A program made the translations under genes and the position numbers. A stretch of DNA of 64,000 bases. Origin: a virus. Shown here in pieces: positions 1 through 7,966 of the stretch (position 1 is its first letter; every line of letters starts with the position of its first letter). Location: IMG/VR virus record IMGVR_UViG_3300043427_003402; one strand, written 5' to 3'. The notes under the pieces are model-generated. The model saw only the letters and a list, made by a program, of their open reading frames with translations. It had not been told where the DNA came from and searched no databases.

Positions 1-407
1 AGCTGCCCGCTAAGGGGGGGGGTGCAGCGCGCGGTTCAAATCTCACTGAGCTGCGGCGTGCCACACTTGTGAAACTACCCCTACCTGACGAACCAGTTAA
101 ATGGGGGGGGGTAACGATTTGCTCAGTTCAACAACACATTACAGGCTGGCGCGCTGCGCGTGCAGCTTCCAAAACTCGAGCGTGCGGACTGAGTGAACTG
201 CTTACGCTTAGCTCTAAAAGCTTTTACCCCCTCCCCCAATATGGCGAGCTAAAACACCGTGTTTTTGAGTCAGGGTACGATTTTAGGGGGAGGGGTATAG
301 CTCAGGTAAGGTTAAATTTGCTTAACAATTCGGTATTTGAGCGAGAGCTTAAAAACTCAAACCGTTGCGTGGCAACAGTTTCAAGGTTTTACTGTTTGGC
401 GGTCTGT

Positions 408-701
408 TTTTTTTTTTATTTTCACTAACTAAAGTTATATAGGAAAAAGCAACTGAAAGAGAGGGGGGAGTGTATCACTCAAAGCAGGGTGGGGCTAAAC
501 TCCTTATATTATTATTATTATTGTTTAATAAAAAATAATATATATATATATATATAACTACGCGCACTCGTCTGACCCCCGTCTGTCTAGTGAGCACAGC
601 GGTGCTCACGGTTCATTGAGTACCCTCCCTCTATTAAATACCCTCCCCCCTCTTTTCAATTTCTCTATAGAACTTTAGTTAGTGGAAAAATAAAAAAAAA
701 A
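408..701. other. Putative replication origin: long imperfect inverted repeat enclosing an AT/(TA)n tract
   Basis: Arms about 408-475 and 638-701 (perfect core CACTAACTAAAGTT 423-436 / AACTTTAGTTAGTG 671-684); (TA)n run about 537-556; palindrome GTGAGCAC-N4-GTGCTCAC 590-609; directly upstream of the primase-helicase. Confidence 0.55.
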
Positions 702-741
702 TCCTCATGTCAAAACAAGCAGACTGCCTGCTTGTAGAAAG

Positions 742-771
742 TTGACAGCCCGCAGCGCACCGTGCTAGCCT
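742..771 (+). promoter_or_regulatory. Sigma70-type promoter for the primase-helicase
   Basis: TTGACA (742-747), 18-nt spacer, extended -10 TGcTAGCCT (763-771). Confidence 0.55.
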
Positions 772-824
772 ACGCTAAACGCGCGTGCGCGGTGTGGTTG
801 ACTTCGTTTCGTTTTGTTTAGTAG

Positions 825-3800
825 GTGAGAATGAGTTTTGACCGTATTCTGTACAGCGAGTCACCGAGCGCTCAAATGCGTGGCACGCACCGCTGCGACT
901 CGACAATTAGCGAGCTAGTTACCAAGTTAACCCGGCACATTGTGTCGGCCCGAAAAGATACCGTCGGCCTGTACTCTTTTTGCCTGTTCGATGGTATTGG
1001 GCGCAAAACTGTTAACGCCAAGTCGGTCGAAGCTATCGTATTAGACTTTGACAACACTGAGGTACGCCAAGCCGGAGGGATACCGAACGGCCAAGTCGCT
1101 AAGCTGGGAAACATGGTTGACCCTCCGGTAAATCCGGAACAACTCGAGGAGCTTTTACGTGCTCGGAACATTCACTCTATCGTGACTACGTCGTATAACC
1201 ACAAGCCAGAGTGGCCTAAGTTCCGCGTCATCGTGTTTGTTACTGAGTCGATTCCCGTGCACGCCTACCAACACGTGGTAGGGGACTTCCTTACCGCATC
1301 CGGCATCGCACAGGGCCAACTAATCACTGGGCTTGATCCGTCTTGTGTCCAGGCTACCCGGCTTTACTATTACCCTTCCTGCCCCGCTGAGCGCCTCGGC
1401 GACGCCTACGCTGTGTACATTGAGGGCGAGGACTACGCCCCCGACGCGACGCCCTTCATCAATCAGCCTCGCGGCACAATCGGCGGCTCACCCACCGCCC
1501 CCTCCAACTCCCGTTCACCCCAATGGACCCAGGACCAAATAGCAAGGTACTTCGACCGCGCTATGCCCCACTTAGCACCACGTGTACGCGAGGCACAGGA
1601 ACGCGGCGGCTCCGAGATCCGGGTTCCTTGCCCTATTCACCACGGTGACGGCAACAATTTCGCCTTCTCCACCGGCAACGGTCTTTGGCGGTGTTTCTCC
1701 CAGTGCCCTTCGATGGGCATCATGGGCGGCGGTATGTATGCCCTCCACTACTACTGGCGCAAGATGAACGCCCAACCCGGCACCCCCGAAATGCCTTACC
1801 GCGACACCCGCGTCGAACTGGACGCTTGGCTCGGTCCGCCTATCCGCCCCGATGCCCCGCAAGAGCTCCAATCCGTGGTGCACATCGCCGCCCCTAGTTC
1901 CGTCCCCTCGTCTGCGCTCGTTTCGATTACGACGCATTCCGCACCGCGCTCCGCCCCTTCCTTCCCTTCCACCGCTGTTGATGAGGACGACGTTACTGTG
2001 CCGTCTTTGGCTTCGCTCACTTCTTCGTACGCTTCCGCTTCCGCTTCCCGTCATGGCTCCCCTTCCATCCGCCTCCATTCCCTCGAAGACGGTGCCGCCG
2101 AACGCGCCGAACGCGTCTACGATCTTTTCGGCACCCGTATCAACACGGTCAAGCACGACCTTGACGAGAACGGGACGTACCTTCGTCAGCTGACGGGCTC
2201 CGGTGACCGCCAATCCATTCGCAACGTGGAGATTTCACCTCAACCGATTTGGATCAGCCGCGCCGGTAAAGACCCGAACACTGGTTTGAAGTGGTACAAA
2301 ATAAATTACCGCGACGGCTCCGGGACCGAATCAGCAGTTTGGACAAAGCTGGATGACCTAAATCGACAAGACTTTACAAAACTTAAAAATTTGGGTGTCG
2401 CAAGCAAGTATCGCCCCGACATCTCCGAGTACTTCAACAACGCAGCGCACGCTTACGACGAGGTCAACGATTACGTGCCAGTGACCGAAGCTTTCGGCTG
2501 GCAACCGCTTCCTGGTGCGAAGACGGTCACCGACGCAGCGCTCGTCCTCTACAACGGGGACGCGGACACTGGCGCTTGCCCGATGACGGTGGTAGCCCCT
2601 TCCATCCTCACTGCTTCTCAAGGCGACCGTGAGACGTGGGTCAACCTGCTACGGGATATGGCGGCTGAACCCTTCCACGACTTTTGCGTGGCGTGGGCCT
2701 TCCTTGGTCTCTCCGCCGCCTCTCCGATCGTCAGCCGCCTCCAGATGCGCAACCCCTTGCTAATGTGCGCGTATCGCACCAGCGCGGGTAAGTCTACGCT
2801 CGCCAACTTGGCCCTCGCTTTGTGGACCAACCCGACCGACAGCACGTTGCCTGCTGACACGACCAACAAAGGTGCTGAGGACCTCATTGTAAAGCGCCCT
2901 GAGCTGCCCGTCCTCGTCGAGGAGTTTCAGCGCGTGGCCCGTGACAACCCCAAAGACGTCAACCGCTTCCTTTACGCCATGGCCAACGGCCAGCGCCGCG
3001 TCACCTCGAGCCGTGACTTGCAGCACCGGGGCGGTGAAGTGCGCAAGGGGTCTGTGCTGTTCGTCACCGAAGATGATCTAAGCAGTCAATTTCAGCAAGG
3101 CGCCAGCGTGCGTGTGTTGGTCATGACGGATCGCCCTTTGCCAGAGAAGACAGGCGCACACTGGTCTCAAAGAATTAAAGCGGTCGCTGACCGGCACTTC
3201 GGCGTGCTGGGCCCCGAGCTGGAGGCGCAGTATACTCGCAACTTGCGCATGTACTTGATCGAACACCAATCGCTGGTCAATCGGGTACGTAAAGAGGACG
3301 CACCGTTTGACGGGGATGATGTGAGCGCGATTGCCATGATGGGTTTTGGCCTGCGCCTTTTGTCGCGTTTGACGGGCGTAACGTTACCGGCAGAGGAAAC
3401 AATGCAGTACTTAATTGACACGGTGCGTGGCACGCGTGCAGTTGAGCGCGAAAATACGGATCTTAGGGATCAAATCTTCGCAGAGTTGATAATGTCAATA
3501 ACACAGTCTGACTGGTTGTCGATGGACGGAACGACTGAAGTTGCTTATGTGCCCAACCGAGGTCCTATAGCGGTACGGGGCAGGCAACTGATGCACCCGG
3601 ACGTGAGCGAGATGGAAATCTTCCTTCAAAGCGCACTGTTCCAAGACCTCATACGAAGACATCAAATTCACAACGTCAACAAGTTGGTTGACGCCTGGCT
3701 TCAAAAAGGTTTTCTTGCGGCGAACCCTGCTCGTCAAAACACCCGCGCCAGGTGGCACCGCAAGAACATCAACGGTCTCAGCAAGACAGATTTCAAGCAC

Positions 3801-3860
3801 GAAGGCGCCTACGTCTATCTTGTCACACCTTTGGGGATGCAGTTCGCCGATAGACATTAG
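825..3860 (+). CDS. Primase-helicase: N-terminal AEP-like primase, CHC2-type Zn finger, DUF927-like region and SF3-like helicase
   Basis: LDFDN and TTSYNH..KFRV primase-like motifs; CPIH..WRCFSQC; Walker A YRTSAGKST, Walker B VLVEE, NG-x-RR motif. Confidence 0.8.
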   Translation: MRMSFDRILYSESPSAQMRGTHRCDSTISELVTKLTRHIVSARKDTVGLYSFCLFDGIGRKTVNAKSVEAIVLDFDNTEVRQAGGIPNGQVAKLGNMVDPPVNPEQLEELLRARNIHSIVTTSYNHKPEWPKFRVIVFVTESIPVHAYQHVVGDFLTASGIAQGQLITGLDPSCVQATRLYYYPSCPAERLGDAYAVYIEGEDYAPDATPFINQPRGTIGGSPTAPSNSRSPQWTQDQIARYFDRAMPHLAPRVREAQERGGSEIRVPCPIHHGDGNNFAFSTGNGLWRCFSQCPSMGIMGGGMYALHYYWRKMNAQPGTPEMPYRDTRVELDAWLGPPIRPDAPQELQSVVHIAAPSSVPSSALVSITTHSAPRSAPSFPSTAVDEDDVTVPSLASLTSSYASASASRHGSPSIRLHSLEDGAAERAERVYDLFGTRINTVKHDLDENGTYLRQLTGSGDRQSIRNVEISPQPIWISRAGKDPNTGLKWYKINYRDGSGTESAVWTKLDDLNRQDFTKLKNLGVASKYRPDISEYFNNAAHAYDEVNDYVPVTEAFGWQPLPGAKTVTDAALVLYNGDADTGACPMTVVAPSILTASQGDRETWVNLLRDMAAEPFHDFCVAWAFLGLSAASPIVSRLQMRNPLLMCAYRTSAGKSTLANLALALWTNPTDSTLPADTTNKGAEDLIVKRPELPVLVEEFQRVARDNPKDVNRFLYAMANGQRRVTSSRDLQHRGGEVRKGSVLFVTEDDLSSQFQQGASVRVLVMTDRPLPEKTGAHWSQRIKAVADRHFGVLGPELEAQYTRNLRMYLIEHQSLVNRVRKEDAPFDGDDVSAIAMMGFGLRLLSRLTGVTLPAEETMQYLIDTVRGTRAVERENTDLRDQIFAELIMSITQSDWLSMDGTTEVAYVPNRGPIAVRGRQLMHPDVSEMEIFLQSALFQDLIRRHQIHNVNKLVDAWLQKGFLAANPARQNTRARWHRKNINGLSKTDFKHEGAYVYLVTPLGMQFADRH

Positions 3861-3869
3861 GAGGGCTCG

Positions 3870-4214
3870 ATGTCGCAGTGGCCGTCGTTCTTCAAGAAAC
3901 CCTTGAGTAGGCTCTTCGACAGCACCCCTGAAGTCACCCCAGAAGATGCCGAATTTTCTCCTCCCCGGCTCCGCCTCCTTCCCCGATTGACTGCCTTACT
4001 CAGCCACCCCTCAGCCCGGCCTCCATATCTGTTGTGGACGCTGATACTGACAGGGTGGCTGAGTTTGGGAGTCATCTTGGGCAGCTGGGGTACGATTCTC
4101 TTCCTGCTGTACATGCTTTTCGTACCGCGGCACCCTGCTCCGCCTGCTGCGCGCCCGCAGCCTCAGACGTTGAGCGTTTCGCTTCCAGCACAAAGTGCAA
4201 TTTGCACAAAATAA
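3870..4214 (+). CDS. Small hypothetical membrane protein
   Basis: AGGAGG SD upstream; two hydrophobic segments. Confidence 0.6.
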   Translation: MSQWPSFFKKPLSRLFDSTPEVTPEDAEFSPPRLRLLPRLTALLSHPSARPPYLLWTLILTGWLSLGVILGSWGTILFLLYMLFVPRHPAPPAARPQPQTLSVSLPAQSAICTK

Positions 4215-4217
4215 GTA

Positions 4218-4247
4218 TTGCATTTAGCCCAGCCTTTTTGCTAGCTT
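4218..4247 (+). promoter_or_regulatory. Sigma70-type promoter for the omegaRNA-tnpB unit
   Basis: TTGCAT (4218-4223), 18 nt, TGcTAGCTT (4239-4247); predicted start about 4253-4255, at the first base of the upstream scaffold. Confidence 0.5.
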
Positions 4248-4254
4248 AAGGCTT

Positions 4255-4348
4255 GGCCGGCCGGGCGGGTCGACCTCAATGCTCGCGGAGAGGGTAACCT
4301 CGAACCGAGAACCCAAAAGGGACGCCAACCTCAGGTTTTGCGCCTTAT
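4255..4348 (+). ncRNA. Upstream TnpB omegaRNA-like scaffold (4255-4328) plus first guide segment
   Basis: 62/74 nt identical to the scaffold overlapping the tnpB 3' end (5481-5554); substitutions are mostly in loops or compensatory. Confidence 0.75.
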
Positions 4349-4397
4349 GGGAAGCCGAAGAGCGGATCTGGCCACAGCGCGCCTTACGGGAAGCCAA
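4319..4397 (+). CRISPR. Miniature CRISPR-like repeat-spacer array upstream of tnpB (non-canonical)
   Basis: GGGACGCCAA (4319), GGGAAGCCGA (4349), GGGAAGCCAA (4388); 17-nt GCGCCTTAYGGGAAGCC at 4340-4356 and 4379-4395 separated by a unique 22-nt segment. Confidence 0.5.
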
Positions 4398-4402
4398 ACT
4401 TT

Positions 4403-5566
4403 GTGTATCAAACCTTCAAGTATCGACTCGAGCCTACCGAAGCGCAAAGAAGCACCTTTGCTCGTTTTGCGGGCAGCCGCCGTTTTATCTATAACTGGGC
4501 GCTTGCGGAGCGGATTGCCGTGTACGAACGTGATAAAGCGTCCTTGTCTTTTTTCAGCCAAAGCGCCGAGCTAACTAAGCTCAAACAGGAAGAAGACAAG
4601 GCTTGGCTAAACGAAGTGGACCGCAGAGTGCTGGTCTCGGGGCTCAAAGACTTGGACCTTGCTTTCCAAGCTTTCTTTCGACGGTTAAAGTCCAGCGAGA
4701 CGCCAGGCTTTCCGAAATTTAAAAAGAAATCACGCCGCGAGTCGTTTCGCTATGCGACAGGCGTCAAGGTACAGGACAATCGCGTTTATTTACCGAGTAT
4801 TGGCTGGGTCAAGCTGCGGCTTTCTCGCCCGGTGAAGGGTAAAATTTGTCAGGCCACGGTGCGGCAAGACGGCGAGCACTGGTTCGTTTGCCTCATCTGT
4901 GACGTACCTGCGCCCGAAGTAACCTCTGCGCCTACTGACGACGTGGTTGGCGTGGACGTCGGTATTAGCAGCTTTGCTCACCTGTCCGACGGCACGCAAA
5001 TCGAAAACCCGCGCTTCTTAGAGAGGGCTTTGGAGAAACTACAGGCGGCTCAGCAGGACTTGAGCCGCAAGACGCTGCGCTCGAATCGGTGGCGCAAGCA
5101 GGCCGCGAAGGTGGCGAAGCTGCATCGCAAAGTGCGAAATTCACGAACGGACTTTCTGCACAAGACATCCACTGACTTGGTCAAGCGCTATGACGCGCTT
5201 GCAGTCGAGACTTTGAGTATTGAAGATATGACGGTGACGGCTCACAGGAACCGGTCGCGAGCGATCGCTGACTCTAGCTGGGGCGCCTTCTTCGATAAAC
5301 TCGAATACAAAACTAAGTGGGCGGGTAAGCATTTGGTTCGCGTGGACCGGTACTACCCAAGCACTCAGTTGTGTTCATCTTGCGGTGCCCGCAAGGCCAT
5401 GCCCACCGACGTGCGCACTTATAAGTGTGACGCGTGCGGTTTGGTCATGGACCGCGATTTGAACGCAAGCCTAAACCTCAGGGCGGCAGGGCATGCCGTC
5501 CTTAATGCTCGCGGAGAGGGCGACCTTGAACCGAGAACCCGGAAGGGACGCCAATTGAACCTGTGA
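4403..5566 (+). CDS. tnpB: IS200/IS605-family RNA-guided endonuclease TnpB
   Basis: N-terminal FKYRLEPT..RFIYNWAL HTH; RuvC-I VGVDVG, RuvC-II VETL, Zn finger CSSC..CDAC, RuvC-III DRDLNASLNL; catalytic D/E/D all present. Confidence 0.95.
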   Translation: MYQTFKYRLEPTEAQRSTFARFAGSRRFIYNWALAERIAVYERDKASLSFFSQSAELTKLKQEEDKAWLNEVDRRVLVSGLKDLDLAFQAFFRRLKSSETPGFPKFKKKSRRESFRYATGVKVQDNRVYLPSIGWVKLRLSRPVKGKICQATVRQDGEHWFVCLICDVPAPEVTSAPTDDVVGVDVGISSFAHLSDGTQIENPRFLERALEKLQAAQQDLSRKTLRSNRWRKQAAKVAKLHRKVRNSRTDFLHKTSTDLVKRYDALAVETLSIEDMTVTAHRNRSRAIADSSWGAFFDKLEYKTKWAGKHLVRVDRYYPSTQLCSSCGARKAMPTDVRTYKCDACGLVMDRDLNASLNLRAAGHAVLNARGEGDLEPRTRKGRQLNL

Positions 5567-5614
5567 CCTACCCGCGTCAATTTCGGGAAGCCAATTGCCA
5601 TCCATCTCTTAACC
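5481..5614 (+). ncRNA. Downstream omegaRNA scaffold overlapping the tnpB 3' end, with guide, extra repeat and second guide
   Basis: Canonical position; hairpins GGGCGGCA/UGCCGUCC, AGG-GCGA-CCU, CCC-GGAA-GGG; GGGACGCCAATTG (5545) recurs as GGGAAGCCAATTG (5585). Confidence 0.75.
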
Positions 5615-5734
5615 AAAAGTAAACATTTGTTAACTTAATCTTTACTCTATTGACCTGCTGTCCCACTACTGTTAGTATGCTGAAAGGTTGGATTTGGTAG
5701 AATTTATTGGTTAAATTGCCTGTAGCGTGGTAGG

Positions 5735-7966
5735 GTGTTTTGGGCCGCGCTACGGGGTAGCGAGAGAGGTTTGGGTATGGTGCTGCAAACTGCGTCGGAA
5801 CCTGCTGACTTAAGCCCGCAGGGGGCTGTGGTTCCCCCTTACATTCAGGTGGTGTACGACTTCTCGTTTCTGCGTTTGTTTTTCAACGCTAACGCCCGCT
5901 GGGTAGGGCCGGCGGTCAGTGGGTTCGACATCGAGACCGAAGGCTTGTTGAATCCCCACGACGGCGAGGTAGCGACAATCCAGATTGAGATGTCTGGCCG
6001 GTGCTGGGTGGTGCACGTCCGGGCACCGGGTACTTTGTTGGACGTGCCGGATGTAGAATTGCTGCGCGCGTACCTTGAGGCGAACGAGGTGTGCAAGGTC
6101 ATCCACAACGCCAAGTTCGAGTTGAAGTGGATGATGAAGTACTTCGGCCTCGGCCTGCACGTGGACAACTTCCACGACACGATTATTGCCGAGTACATTT
6201 TGGCGGCGGGCTTCGGCTTCGGCGTACCATCGACGACCAGCTTCGAGTTTGACAGCAGCATCCTCGGCTTGGGCCAAGTGATGGCGCGCCGGTATAGTGT
6301 TGAGATGGACAAGGATGAAGCGCTGCGGGTTAGTTTCCGGCGCCACGGCTTGCTGGAAACCATACCGGCACCCAAGGACCCGTTACGGGACCGCAGCGAA
6401 ACTTGCCAAGTGGATGACTGCCCACGGGCACCGCGGTGGTTGGCGGGCGGCGCTCGGCAGTATCAGATTTGTGATTATCACCGCGAGAACAAGCACGAGG
6501 TCAAGGCTTTGAAGGCCTTGCGCCGGTGGGATGACTACCCAGAAAGGCCACAGCCGGGGGCCAAGATGTTTGGTGACTTGAGCGCTCGGCAGGTGTTGTA
6601 CGCGGCCTTCGACGTGCTGTATATGCCGCAGCTGTACGTTGCGCAGGTGCAAGAGATGAACAACCACGTGGGCTTGCGGGGTGATCGCCCGTATCCTGCG
6701 CTGTTCCGTTTGGACTGCCAAGTGGCAGAGTGTTTGGCGCGTATGGAACTGCGGGGTATCCCCATCGACCGGCGCCAGGCGTTTAAGACGCATCGCACGC
6801 TGATGTGGCAGGCGGACACGTTGCGCCAAGAGATTGTAGAGGCGTTGCGGTTACCGGGTGATACGGAAGACATCAATCCTGGTAGCCGGGATCAGATGTT
6901 ACCGCGGCTGGCGCAGTTGGGGATCAATCTGCCGGATTACCGCAGCGCCAGCTTGGAGCGCGCGGCTAGCCACCCGGTGATTCGTAAGTTGTTGACGTGG
7001 AAGCAGGTCGAGAAGCTCAGCACGTTCACCAAGACGCTGTTGTTGGAAGCGCACCCGAAGACGGATTGTGTGCACAGTAACTTCAACCAGACCAAGACCG
7101 CCACGGGTCGCTTGAGCAGCAGCGCGCCCAACTTCCAGAACATCCCAAGCAAAAGCAAGCTGTCTGCGGAGATCCGTAAGTGCGTAATGGCGCGTCCGGG
7201 ACGCGTTTTGGTCATTGCGGATTACAGTAACATCGAAGTGCGAATAATTGCAGAAGTGACACGCGACGAGAATCTGGTGCGCTTGTTCAACGAAGACAAG
7301 GACATGCACTGCATGACGGCGGCGTATATGATGGGGGTCTCGTACGACGAAATGTACCGCAAGTACAAGATTGAAAAGCTGCCGGAGTTCATCAAGGCGC
7401 GTAACAACAGCAAGGTGCCTAACTTCGGGTTGGGGTACAAGGCTAGCGTGGACAAGTTGCGTACAATGGCGTGGGTGCAATACGGGCTGGACTGGACTGA
7501 GGCAGAGGCCGCCGAACAGCACCGCAAGTGGTTTGAGTTGTACCCTGGCGTGGGTCACTGGCACACACGGGAGCAGGCGACAGTCCGTGACGGGAAGGGC
7601 CCGGTCACGGTTGAGAACGCGTTGGGCCGTCGCCGCACGATGCAGCGCCGGATCACGGTGACCCCGAACGCCAAGGCACTCGAACGCGGCGAGCAGCCGT
7701 ACTCGAAGGGCGCGTTGCCGGCGGTGTTGAACTTCCCGATTCAATCGGCGTCGGCAGAGATGACCAAACGCGCGATGGCGACGTTGAGCCGGGAAGTGGA
7801 CGTGATCCTGCAGGTGCATGACGAATTGGTTGTGGAGTGTGATGAGGCGGACGCAGACCGCGTGTCGCAGCTTGTGCACGACGCGATGGTCAAAAGTGGT
7901 GAGGGCATCCTGACGGTCGTTCCAAACGTGGTCGAACCGATGGTGAGTAAGTTCTGGAAGAAATAG
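5735..7966 (+). CDS. polA: Family A DNA polymerase with 3'-5' exonuclease (likely start ATG 5777)
   Basis: ExoI FDIETEG, ExoII HNAKFE, ExoIII YAAFD; TGRLSS..PNFQNIP; motif A ADYSNIE; motif B R..SKVPNFGLGY; motif C QVHDEL. Confidence 0.95.
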   Translation: MFWAALRGSERGLGMVLQTASEPADLSPQGAVVPPYIQVVYDFSFLRLFFNANARWVGPAVSGFDIETEGLLNPHDGEVATIQIEMSGRCWVVHVRAPGTLLDVPDVELLRAYLEANEVCKVIHNAKFELKWMMKYFGLGLHVDNFHDTIIAEYILAAGFGFGVPSTTSFEFDSSILGLGQVMARRYSVEMDKDEALRVSFRRHGLLETIPAPKDPLRDRSETCQVDDCPRAPRWLAGGARQYQICDYHRENKHEVKALKALRRWDDYPERPQPGAKMFGDLSARQVLYAAFDVLYMPQLYVAQVQEMNNHVGLRGDRPYPALFRLDCQVAECLARMELRGIPIDRRQAFKTHRTLMWQADTLRQEIVEALRLPGDTEDINPGSRDQMLPRLAQLGINLPDYRSASLERAASHPVIRKLLTWKQVEKLSTFTKTLLLEAHPKTDCVHSNFNQTKTATGRLSSSAPNFQNIPSKSKLSAEIRKCVMARPGRVLVIADYSNIEVRIIAEVTRDENLVRLFNEDKDMHCMTAAYMMGVSYDEMYRKYKIEKLPEFIKARNNSKVPNFGLGYKASVDKLRTMAWVQYGLDWTEAEAAEQHRKWFELYPGVGHWHTREQATVRDGKGPVTVENALGRRRTMQRRITVTPNAKALERGEQPYSKGALPAVLNFPIQSASAEMTKRAMATLSREVDVILQVHDELVVECDEADADRVSQLVHDAMVKSGEGILTVVPNVVEPMVSKFWKK

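Noticed and set aside
69-428. 119-aa ORF
   Set aside because: Runs through homopolymer tracts of the putative origin; no SD and implausible composition.
4403-5566. Active IS605 element or nuclease-dead TldR
   Set aside because: No tnpA or left end is seen and the right end is degenerate; the catalytic D/E/D residues are all present.
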